Shown here in pieces: positions 9,930-19,500 of a stretch of 64,000 nucleotides of DNA. The position numbers were made by a program, and so were the translations under genes. Position 1 is the first letter of the stretch, and every line of letters begins with the position of its first letter. This stretch comes from an uncultured Chitinophagales bacterium. GTDB lineage: Bacteria > Bacteroidota > Bacteroidia > Chitinophagales > CAZNGA01. The stretch spans positions 10,874 through 74,873 of the forward strand of contig CAZNGA010000002.1 of NCBI GenBank assembly GCA_964572485.1, in the 5' to 3' direction. The notes beneath the pieces are model-generated. The model worked only from the letters and a program-made list of their open reading frames with translations, had not been told where the DNA came from and did no database searches.

Positions 9930-12443
9930 TCACTTCTTGATAAAGATAAACTGACCCCCTTCATCTCCTGTATTCTTAATGGGCGAGATCTTAGGTGTTT
10001 GTTCGGAGTTATTGATGATAGGGATCTTGATCTTAGTATACAATTGTCCGGCATCAAAGTACCTACTGCTATTATTGGTAAGTGTCTTGAGAAAGTAATA
10101 AGCAAATACTGAATGTCCATCTCTACCACCATCCATAACCGGCTCAATCCCTCCTGAAGTGATCGCTTGCCTGGAGGCAAGATTGTGCACTTCTTTAAAG
10201 TATTTTTCTGATTCCTCAAATGGTACTGAAATTGTATTTCCTCTAAAAATATCACCACTAAAGCAAGCATCAGATACTAAAAGCGTATGCTTTGATTTGA
10301 TCCCGTTCAGGTACGTCTGAAGGTCTGAATTGGAGATATAGTTGGAGGTAGACTGGGATTTAGCATCCACTGGAACCCAGTATCCTTTATTCAATGCTTG
10401 TTTGAACTCACCATGCCCTGAATAATAGATAAATACATTATCCTTTTCTTTGGCATTCTCAATGAGCCACTCCAACTCTTTGATGATATTCTCACGGGTA
10501 GCTTGTTCGTTATAGAGCTTTCTAAAGTAGTCAATTTTATACCTTGATTTCAACATGGCTTCAACGGCCTTAGCATCATTCACAGCATTTTGCAGTGGGG
10601 ACCATGCTCCTGAATACTTATCGATACCAATGATCAATGCATAGTAATTTCCGATGACCATTTCCTTAGCCCTAGATACATTCAGCCCTTTTAGTGGGTC
10701 TCCACCACCTCTATAAAGGGGCTTTTCGGGTTGTACATCCACATTGGCATAGACTTCCTGCCCAGGTAAACTTTCATTCATAGTTATCTTAAGGATCAGG
10801 TCGTTGGCATTAGTGAATGCCGCCCCATCAATTGTCAATCCCATTTTTATGGCTTTACCCATAAATTCTTTAGATGCATAAAATTGCACGGTAACTTCCT
10901 TTTCTTCACCGGCTGGGAAAGAAGGGATCAACTCTGAGACCTTATCAACGGCTAACACCTTATCCGGAAAAAGATAATTAACTTTGATATCTGTGGCATC
11001 CCCTTTAGATGTATTCTTCAACTTAAGCTTCAATGTGATAGGAGCCCCAATCTCAGCTTTTCCGGTAGCGGAGCTATAAGCATGGCCCAACACCATAATA
11101 TAGCTGTACTGTTGAACACCTCGAGTTTGAAAGTTAACCCTTAAGGGTGTTGGATCGTTTCCATTACCTTCTACAACTGAAACGATAAAGGTCCCTGAAG
11201 TAGTCTCCAGATCCTGCTCCGTTTTTAATGAGATGGTTACATTTTGCTCCTTTTCAACATCCAGATTCCCAATAAGAATTTCCTTTTCAAAAGATAATCC
11301 TTTAATGCGATTTTCAAGGGCCACTTTTGCTACCAGGTTATATGCCTGGCCTTGTCCCTTATTTTCAACAGAAAATGTGATGGTCGGATTTTCGTTCAAT
11401 TCTATGATCCCATTATTATTATCCTCTCTCAATACTAAGGGTGAGCATAGGACCTTGGGTTTGTCGGGCCCGGCGGCAACGAATTTCTTCTTTCCGATCT
11501 TCAATCTCTTTACATCCCAAATTCTTAAACCACCATCGTTCCCTACTGAAACAAAGACATTTCCTTTATCACTGAATGCGATGCAAGTGATCCCGTCACT
11601 ATGTGCATTCACCTGGTTCGCTATCTGACGTGATTCCAAACTATAGACCACAATCTTATTATCATCACCTGCTGCTGCCAGGTATTGTACATCAGGACTA
11701 AAAGCGACTGTATTTACAGCGCCACTTAGGTCTGTGAAATCAGCGATCTTAGAGCCGGAGCGGGCATCCCAGAGAGAAATATTTCCGCTGGCACCTCCAC
11801 TGGCAATGAAATTTCCATCAGCACTATAACAGACAGAGAGGATCCCTTTTGGATCAGCATCTATCGTATTCTTCAACATCCCACTTCCCGCATCCCATAT
11901 CCTGACCGTTTTGTCCATAGATCCTGATGCGAGATATAGTCCGTCAGGGCTAAAGGCAAGGCATGTCACTGCCTTGGTATGCCCTATCATGGAGGTCATA
12001 AAACTACCTGAGATTCCATCAAAAAGCTTGATATCATTATTTTTTGCTCCGCTAGCCACATTATCATTGATTGGATTGAAAGCCACACTTGTGACTGCAC
12101 TTGTATTCTCCCTCAATATTCTTATCGGCTTATAGGATTTACTATCAAAAACAACCACCATTTTATCATCTCCACCACATACGAAATACTTATTACTTGA
12201 ATTATATGCCACAGAGTTGGTTACATCCTTAAATGCCATTGCCTTTATCTTTTTCGCTGTCTTAGCTTCCCATATACTGGCTCTTTTATCTGCACTTACT
12301 GTTAGGATCACCGTACCATCGCTATTGACAGCTACAGACGTGATAGGCCCTGCATGGGCATTTTCTTTATTCTTAATTAGATCCTGAGAATAACCGCTAA
12401 TTCCATAAAATAATATCAATGATAGAATAAATAATCTTTTCAT
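9930..12443 (-). CDS. Exported WD40 (7-blade) / Ig-like / caspase (peptidase C14) protein, 837 aa
   Basis: I prefer the ATG at 12443 (MKRLFILSLILFYGISGYSQ, a signal peptide) over the track start at 12533. Seven WD40-like repeats (e.g. KAVTCLAFSPDGLYLASGSMDKTVRIWD). Two central beta-sandwich-like segments. The C-terminal caspase fold has YALIIGIDKY, the His in IYYSGHGEF (codon 10413-10415) and the Cys in LLVSDACFSGD (codon 10263-10265). Confidence 0.85.
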   Translation of the reverse strand: MKRLFILSLILFYGISGYSQDLIKNKENAHAGPITSVAVNSDGTVILTVSADKRASIWEAKTAKKIKAMAFKDVTNSVAYNSSNKYFVCGGDDKMVVVFDSKSYKPIRILRENTSAVTSVAFNPINDNVASGAKNNDIKLFDGISGSFMTSMIGHTKAVTCLAFSPDGLYLASGSMDKTVRIWDAGSGMLKNTIDADPKGILSVCYSADGNFIASGGASGNISLWDARSGSKIADFTDLSGAVNTVAFSPDVQYLAAAGDDNKIVVYSLESRQIANQVNAHSDGITCIAFSDKGNVFVSVGNDGGLRIWDVKRLKIGKKKFVAAGPDKPKVLCSPLVLREDNNNGIIELNENPTITFSVENKGQGQAYNLVAKVALENRIKGLSFEKEILIGNLDVEKEQNVTISLKTEQDLETTSGTFIVSVVEGNGNDPTPLRVNFQTRGVQQYSYIMVLGHAYSSATGKAEIGAPITLKLKLKNTSKGDATDIKVNYLFPDKVLAVDKVSELIPSFPAGEEKEVTVQFYASKEFMGKAIKMGLTIDGAAFTNANDLILKITMNESLPGQEVYANVDVQPEKPLYRGGGDPLKGLNVSRAKEMVIGNYYALIIGIDKYSGAWSPLQNAVNDAKAVEAMLKSRYKIDYFRKLYNEQATRENIIKELEWLIENAKEKDNVFIYYSGHGEFKQALNKGYWVPVDAKSQSTSNYISNSDLQTYLNGIKSKHTLLVSDACFSGDIFRGNTISVPFEESEKYFKEVHNLASRQAITSGGIEPVMDGGRDGHSVFAYYFLKTLTNNSSRYFDAGQLYTKIKIPIINNSEQTPKISPIKNTGDEGGQFIFIKK

Positions 12444-12690
12444 GGTAAAATATTTTGGTTTATTGATAATAATGTAAAAATAGAAAAAAAACGCTAATAA
12501 TATATAATTAATCTGGCAAACAAGAGGGTGCATAAATAGGCCAGCCTTTGCCCCATAACTTATTTGACTCCAATTAATTATAAGAAATAAGAATTAATTA
12601 CTACTTTTGATCAAAGCTAGAATATTTGAGTAAATATCCCTATATTTATTCTAAATACACTCTATTTAAGTTGCTGTAATCTAAATTATA

Positions 12691-13305
12691 ATGAAAAAGA
12701 TCTTTTCATCCTTTATCCTTATTTCACTCTTCGCATCTTTCGTAATGGCGCAGAATGGTGAAGCCGGATCTTTTTTAGAAAACGGCATCAAGAAATACAA
12801 TGCAGGTGACTTTACAGGGGCTGTTGTTGATATCAGAAAAGCCATTGAAAACGACCCGAAAAGTTCAGAGCCCTATTTCTATATGGCCGAAGTAAAGTTC
12901 ATTATGGGTGATATTGAAAGTGCCATGTTGAATTACACTAAGTCTATTGAACTCAATCCCAAGCATTTCATGTCCTATAAGAATCGTGGGAGATTAAAGG
13001 TTCACCTGGGCGATTACCGTGGGTCGTGTGAAGATTTTTCAAAAGCCATCGCCTTAAATCCTAAATCTACAGCGGCTTATTTTGACAGGGCAAGCTCCTA
13101 TCTAAATCTGCGAAAATATGCTGAAGCCATTGCTGATTATACTATGGTGATCGAAATAGATGAAAAAGATGCTGCCGCCTTTTATCACCGTGGAACTGCA
13201 AAATTTGAATCCGGCGAAATCAATGAAGGCTGCCTAGATTGGAGCAAAGCCGGCGAACTTGGTTTTTCAAGTGTATATGAATTGATCAGAAGTAAATGTA
13301 ATTAG
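12691..13305 (+). CDS. Exported tetratricopeptide-repeat protein, 204 aa
   Basis: Signal peptide MKKIFSSFILISLFASFVMAQ. At least four 34-aa TPR-like units (A..D..KAIE.DP....Y..R.). C-terminal GCLDWSKAGELG motif. Confidence 0.75.
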   Translation: MKKIFSSFILISLFASFVMAQNGEAGSFLENGIKKYNAGDFTGAVVDIRKAIENDPKSSEPYFYMAEVKFIMGDIESAMLNYTKSIELNPKHFMSYKNRGRLKVHLGDYRGSCEDFSKAIALNPKSTAAYFDRASSYLNLRKYAEAIADYTMVIEIDEKDAAAFYHRGTAKFESGEINEGCLDWSKAGELGFSSVYELIRSKCN

Positions 13306-13326
13306 TTAATTGAATAGCAATAATCC

Positions 13327-14445
13327 ATGAAAAAACTGCTCTATTTATTGATCCTATATTGTTTTAGCGTCGCTAATATCTTTGGCCAGGTGACTCCTGA
13401 ATTCACATTCAGCGATACTACTTGTTATGGTGATGCAACCACTCTTATTGGAAGTTCAGCTTTGCCGGATACATCGATCGCCAGTTGGAACTGGGATCTT
13501 GATAATGACGGGAAATTTGATGATGCCAATGGCAAAAGTATCAACTCTATCTTTCTAGATAAAGATTCGCTCAATTTCACCGTTAGGTTATATGTGATAA
13601 GTAAAGCCGGACCCAGTGATTCAATTTCAAAGGTCATCTCTGTATTCCCTCTTCCGGAGGTTAATTTTAGGGTTGACAACACTTGCGAATTGGAAGAGTC
13701 CTATTACATTGATGAATCCACCATCAAACATGGCAACATCACAAGTTGGCAGTGGGATTTTCATAATGATGGACTATATATCGGTTCAGGTAAAACGGAT
13801 ACTTTCACCAACATCACAACGGGCTCTTATCTCACAAAGTTGACGTGTGTATCGGACCAGGGTTGTGAAGCGTTTGCAACGAAAACAACAAGTGTTTTTG
13901 CAACTCCTATTGCAAGATTCAACATTAAAACTTCAGAATTTACAGATACAGTAGTATTTGAAAATACCTCTACCATCGACACCAGCGGAAGTGATGAGAT
14001 CATCTATAATATCTGGGATTTTAACGATAAGAGTAATTCATCGATAGAAACCAATCCACAGCATTTATTCCTGGACGAAGGTACTTTTACTGTCAAGCTA
14101 AAGGTCATCTCAGAGAATTTTTGCATGGATTCCACCAATAAAAAAATTACTGTGTGGGTAAATCCTGAAGAAGCCAATATGGTGAAAGTGATCAACAATG
14201 TCATTACCCCTAATGGTGATGGCATCAATGATTTCCTGAGGATAAAAGACCTGGCCTCCTATAATAACTCTTGTGAATTGATCATTTACAACATTTGGAA
14301 TGATGTAGTGTATAACAGTTCCAGTTATAATAATGATTGGGATGGGACCTATGAAGGAAGCCCATTAGATGGAGGCACCTATTTTTATATTATAAACTGT
14401 ACAGGAAAAGAGAAGACAGTAGGAAGTATAAGCATTCTTAAATAG
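13327..14445 (+). CDS. PKD-domain T9SS type-B cargo protein, 372 aa
   Basis: Signal peptide. Three PKD-like segments (WNWDLDNDGKFDD, WQWDFHNDG, IWDFNDKSNSSIETNPQHLF). The C-terminus VITPNGDGINDFLRIKDL...LIIYNIWNDVVY...NDWDGTYEGSPLDGGTYFYII...GSISILK is a type-B sorting domain. Confidence 0.85.
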   Translation: MKKLLYLLILYCFSVANIFGQVTPEFTFSDTTCYGDATTLIGSSALPDTSIASWNWDLDNDGKFDDANGKSINSIFLDKDSLNFTVRLYVISKAGPSDSISKVISVFPLPEVNFRVDNTCELEESYYIDESTIKHGNITSWQWDFHNDGLYIGSGKTDTFTNITTGSYLTKLTCVSDQGCEAFATKTTSVFATPIARFNIKTSEFTDTVVFENTSTIDTSGSDEIIYNIWDFNDKSNSSIETNPQHLFLDEGTFTVKLKVISENFCMDSTNKKITVWVNPEEANMVKVINNVITPNGDGINDFLRIKDLASYNNSCELIIYNIWNDVVYNSSSYNNDWDGTYEGSPLDGGTYFYIINCTGKEKTVGSISILK

Positions 14446-14458
14446 TTAAAGAAAACAA

Positions 14459-15412
14459 ATGAAACGAATTTACCTTATTTTTATATTCCTGATCACCGGC
14501 AGCACTTTTCTGATGGGTCAGCAGATCCCTGTCAACAATAATTACATGATCAATAAGTTCTCTTTGTCACCTGCTTATGCCGGGTTCAACAACAATATTG
14601 AAACCTTTGTTTTCTACCGCCAAACCTGGGCCGGTATTGATGGCGCTCCTGAATTAAAAGGCCTTATGGCAAATGGCTCCTTGACTAAAAGTTCCGGTTT
14701 CGGCGCCACTATAATGAGTGAGAAGATTGGGATCTTTAGAAGTTTTACGGCTTCATTAAGTTATGCTTATCATTTGAAGTTAGGGCCTAGCCAATCATTG
14801 CGTTTTGGGTTATCAGGCGGTATTTTTGACACAGACATTGATATCTCCAGTCTAAAAGGCCCTTCTGACCCTGCTGTTATGAGCAATACCAGTGTAAATG
14901 CCACTATGTTCGATGTAACTTTTGGTATTTTATATACTTTCAAAAAATTCAATTTTGGGGTTGCCATTCCCAGGATGATCGAAAGTACTGTAGAGGAAGA
15001 GACCAGCGGTAACATTTTGTACACTATGAAAAGACAATTCAATATCCATCTTTCCTATAATTATTTGATCAATTCCAGTTGGCAGGTTGAGCCGATTGCT
15101 GTTGTCAGAAATAACTTGAATGCTCCAATGATGTTTGATGTGGGCTTCTTAGTAAAATACAAACAACAGATGTGGCTAAGCGGACTCTACCGAAAAGGAA
15201 GCACAATGGGAATTGGTGTTGGCGGTGCTCCTCACGACAGGATCGTTGTCAATTATGGGTATGAGTTCTCCGGCAGCGGCATCCATGCTGAATCTTCAGG
15301 TACTCACGAGATCTCTATTGGCATTTTGATCGGTGAGAATAGCGGCCATTATGGCTCTATCTTCAGGCCAACATCTTCTGGAACCAATCAACCTTATCTA
15401 AACTGGGAGTAA
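14459..15412 (+). CDS. PorP/SprF-family T9SS outer-membrane protein (second cargo/PorP pair)
   Basis: Starts 13 nt after the upstream stop. N-terminus MKRIYLIFIFLITGSTFLMGQQIPVNNNYMINKFSLSPAYAG. Size 317 aa. C-terminal ...GTHEISIGILIG resembles the paralogue at 6472-7377. Confidence 0.85.
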   Translation: MKRIYLIFIFLITGSTFLMGQQIPVNNNYMINKFSLSPAYAGFNNNIETFVFYRQTWAGIDGAPELKGLMANGSLTKSSGFGATIMSEKIGIFRSFTASLSYAYHLKLGPSQSLRFGLSGGIFDTDIDISSLKGPSDPAVMSNTSVNATMFDVTFGILYTFKKFNFGVAIPRMIESTVEEETSGNILYTMKRQFNIHLSYNYLINSSWQVEPIAVVRNNLNAPMMFDVGFLVKYKQQMWLSGLYRKGSTMGIGVGGAPHDRIVVNYGYEFSGSGIHAESSGTHEISIGILIGENSGHYGSIFRPTSSGTNQPYLNWE

Positions 15413-15736
15413 GCTCCATCACCTTCTCTTCCTTTTTCCTCTTTCTTCTTCTTTCTTTGAGTGTAAGGAGAAATTTATCATCCCGACGAGTAAAGCAACA
15501 AAACTAGCAAATCAATACCATCTCGTCCTTGCAGCTCTGTCAATTGACGGATGTCTGTTACTAAGCGAGTCTGCAGCTCACCTTTTTAGACGAATTAAAG
15601 AGGGGAATGCAGCTCATGGTAATGATTTCTGTTAATAGAAGGTTGTTTTATTTAGGTTAGGTTGTATAAAAATTGTCCTGAAGTTTGAATTACAACATAG
15701 AAGGACGAGTGGGAGGTTGTTGTACCCCGTTTTTTT

Positions 15737-16180
15737 TTAAGGTAAGTCAATTCCCATTTCTAATTTCACAAGTATATTTGATTCAAAATCCATAACTAAA
15801 TAATACTCAGTTTTACAATTCACAATTTGAACATTCTTTGCTTCTGAATCAATCTCAAGTTTGCCAGAATAATTATTTTGCAATTTTTCGTTTATGGTAT
15901 TTTTGTCTAATCCAAGTTTTATTCCTGATGAGGTTGATAGTTCTGAACTCTTAATCCACATGTAATAAATGTGATTATTTGTCATTCCAATATTTAAATC
16001 TTGATAATACAATATTTCAGAGTTTAAAGCTTCATCCACTTGAATTGAGTCTGGTTTTCCTATTTTATTTATTATCGAATCATAATTGAAGTTGTAGTCT
16101 ATTTGTCCGAATTTGAATTCATTTTCCAATAGGCAATTTTTCATTTGAATTTCAACTGGAACTTCAATAGATGAATTCAA
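15737..16180 (-). CDS. Hypothetical small protein. This is the minimal TTG-start ORF; it is probably the 3' part of a frameshift-interrupted membrane-anchored gene reaching the ATG at 16314
   Basis: The track start is a TTG. The same frame stays open upstream to 16264 and encodes KKFGWILWISLFLIALISIF, a clean TM/signal anchor, with no canonical start codon. An ATG at 16314 is in the +1 frame and would join at the G5/A6 run (16253-16265). This stretch looks clearly more AT-rich than its neighbours. No family recognised. Confidence 0.4.
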   Translation of the reverse strand: MNSSIEVPVEIQMKNCLLENEFKFGQIDYNFNYDSIINKIGKPDSIQVDEALNSEILYYQDLNIGMTNNHIYYMWIKSSELSTSSGIKLGLDKNTINEKLQNNYSGKLEIDSEAKNVQIVNCKTEYYLVMDFESNILVKLEMGIDLP

Positions 16181-16505
16181 TTGAGATTTGATTTCCTTAA
16201 AAATTGAAATCAGAGCAATCAGAAATAAACTAATCCATAAAATCCAACCAAATTTTTTAACCCCCTATTATGAGTTTTTTTAGTTTCAAAATATTTTTCA
16301 TTTAATTGGTTCATGTCTTTTTTAAAATGGGGTACAACTTGTTTATATAAGCAATGCTATTATCCCTCCATTATTGTAGAGTTATGACCATTGCGCTTTA
16401 TCCTTCTATTTAACATAATGAAGGTATGGAAATTATTCTACATGTCCAATGGACAGGAACTCTCTCCTGCTCCCTGATGGGAAGTCGAGAATGAGTAGAT
16501 GGGTT

Positions 16506-16543
16506 ATAATAAAAATTGCCCGAAGAAAGATCTCCGGGCAATT
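16506..16543 (-). terminator. Intrinsic terminator of the giant gene
   Basis: On the minus strand the sequence is AATTGCCCG-GAGATCTTTCTT-CGGGCAATT followed by TTTATTAT. This is a perfect 9-bp stem (16514-16522 / 16535-16543) with a 12-nt loop and a U-rich tail, starting 33 nt after the stop codon (16577-16579). Confidence 0.7.
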
Positions 16544-16576
16544 CGCAATAACTATTTAACTAAAGGTCTATTGAAG

Positions 16577-19500
16577 CTAATTCTCACGGATCACTTTCCT
16601 GATCGCAGTTCCCTTATCCGTTACCACCTGGAGGTAATAGATACCCGGTGCAAATTCCTTCAGGTCAAAGGTCTGACTGCATCGTCCCTGCCTTCCGGCT
16701 TTAATTTTCTTTGATATCACCATCTGTCCCATAAGATTCAAGACATTCAATTGAACAGAGGCCCCTTCTTCATATATAAAGTCGACCATAAATGAACCTA
16801 ATGTCGGATTCGGGAAGATGTTGAGATACTGTATGGTTCCATTCTCTACGATTCCGGTTCCCTCAACATATATCTTAATAGAATCAACACCTACGCATCC
16901 CATCTTATCAGTTCCAAATACATAGTATTTCATCGTATTTGGAGGTGATGCCCTTACAACGCTACCTACTGTATCCCTCAGGCCAATATTTGGTGACCAT
17001 AAGAATGTTAATGCATTAAATGCGCTCAAGGTTGTTGAATCGCCAGGCAATATAGCAGTGGGCCTACCGGTAACAACAACAGGTGGAGATGGATGAATCG
17101 TTAATGTTGCTATAGCCGGAGGACTTTGACAGCCACCCTTGGTATCTGTAACAAAATAGGTGTAGATACCCGGAGCCGTTTCCCCTGTGGCAAATGTATC
17201 TCCAATGTATACCAGATTAGTTAAAGCCGCATTGAGATACCATTTGATCTGACTGCCTGTTGAGATCAGATCAGGTACCGGTTCTCCAAAACACCTTACT
17301 TCGCTGGTTACAGCAGGTGGTGGAACTACCAATGAATCGACTATTACCATTACACTTGTACAAATTGTAGTATCACAAATTCCTTCCGCCCTGACATAAT
17401 AGGTACTGCTTATGATCGGTGATACCATGATGGAGTTGCCGGAACCGATGAATGTTCCACCGCAACTACCGGTGTACCACTTCCAATTAGCACCTGTACC
17501 TAATACACCTCCCTGAATCAGCAATGTGGAAGAATTTCCTGCACATATAGTATCAGGGGTTGGTAATATGGACACTGCCGGTGAGGAAGTTGTTCTTACA
17601 ACAACTATCAATGAATCACAACTTGTGGTATTACATGATCCCTCTGCCCTGGCAAAATACGCAGTGGTAACTAAAGGAGTCACTGTAATAGAAGTGCCTG
17701 TACCTACCGGTGTTCCACCACAACTTACTGAATACCATTGCCATGTTGCACCGCTTCCCAATGCACCTCCTGTTATGCTGATCACTGAAGAATCTCCTGC
17801 ACAAATTAGCGTAGTAGTAGCCGCTATGGTCGGTGTTGTTGAAAGAGCACCTACAGTTATTGCAACTGACACACATGTTGTTGTATCACAACCCCCCTCT
17901 GCCCTTACAAAATAGGTAGTAGTGACAACAGGGAAGACGCTTAGAGAGTCTCCCGTTCCAACCAATGTCCCTCCACAGCTTGCAGAATACCAGGCCCAAT
18001 TAGCTCCTGAACCAAGGACTCCACCATTTACTAACAATACTGTTGAATCACCAACACAAATAGAATTCGAAGTAGCCGCAGCTGATACAGCCGGGGTGGA
18101 AAGGGTGCTGATAATGATCGTAACAGAATCACATACAGTTGTATTACAGGTTCCTTCAGCCCTGGCATAATAGGTGGTTGTTACCAGTGGGGTAACCGTT
18201 ATAGAAGTTCCAGCTCCTTCTGCCACTCCTCCGCATGATGCAGAATACCATTGCCATGTAGCTCCGGTTCCTAATGCACCACCGGTAATACTTAATATGG
18301 ATGAATCGCCAACACAGATAGACGTTACACTAGCTGAAACTGTTGGTGTTGTTGAAGCAGAATTCATGGTGATCGTTATCGATGCACACGTTGTCGTATC
18401 ACATCCGCCTTCAGCTCTTACATAGTACGTAGTTGTCGCTGCGGGGAAGACACTTAGTGAGTCACCTGTACCTACAAAGGTACCGCCACAACTACCAGAA
18501 TACCATTGCCAGTCTGCGCCCAATCCAAGCGCCCCTCCTGTTACCATTAACACCGTGGAATCACCAGAACACAATGGATCAGCACTTGCTGTAGCTCCTA
18601 CCGGTGCAGTAGAAGTTGTACCTATCGTAATTGTAACAGAATCGCAACTTGTCGTATTACATGTTCCTTCTGCTCTCGCATAATAGGTAGTAGATACTAT
18701 TGGAGTAACTGTTATTGAGGTTCCAGAACCTGCAGGTACACCACCACAAGAAGCAGAATACCATTGCCAGCCGGCACCCGTTCCCAGTATTCCTCCTGTG
18801 ATGGATAATATGGAAGAATCTCCAACACATATAGTTGTTACACTCGCTGATACAGTAGGTGTAGTTGATAGCACATTAAAGGTTATAGTTATTGAGGCAC
18901 AAGTTGTCGTATCGCACCCCCCCTCTGCTCTTACGAAATAAGTGGTAGTAGCACTTGGGAATACACTTAGAGAATCTCCGGTGCCTACAAATGTACCTCC
19001 ACAACTTGCGGAATACCATTGCCAATCAGCACCCAATCCGAGCGCACCACCGGTAACCATCAATATTGTGGAATCCCCTGTACATACTGTATCAATACTT
19101 GCAGTTGCCCCCACAGGAGCAGTAGAAGGTGTTCCAAGGCCTATGGTAATTGAGTCACAACTGGTTGTATTACAGGTGCCTTCCGCTCTTACATAATAGG
19201 TGGTAGCAACTAATGGTGTCACCGTGATCGAATCGCCAGCACCTATACCCACTCCACCACAACTAGTTGTGTACCACTGGTAGGTGGCTCCTGTTCCCAG
19301 GACACCTGCTGATACAAATAAAGTAGTAGAATCACCTGCACAAATTGTTTGTGAAGTGGCAGATACTGTTGGGGTTGTTGAAGAAATTCTAGTTGTAATT
19401 GTAACAGAAGCACATGCTGTAGTATCACAACCTCCCTCACCCCTTACATAATAAGTGGTAGTGGCCACCGGGAATACGCTTAATGAATCACCGGTACCTA

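Noticed and set aside
12444-12533. A 30-codon upstream extension of the WD40-caspase ORF (MHPLVCQINYILLAFFFYFYIII...).
   Set aside because: It reads through very AT-rich promoter-like DNA. The ATG at 12443 gives a canonical signal peptide (MKRLFILSLILFYGISGYSQ).
16499-16714. A plus-strand 71-aa ORF spanning the terminator hairpin and the 3' end of the giant gene.
   Set aside because: It overlaps the T9SS sorting-domain codons and the terminator, and has no supporting features.
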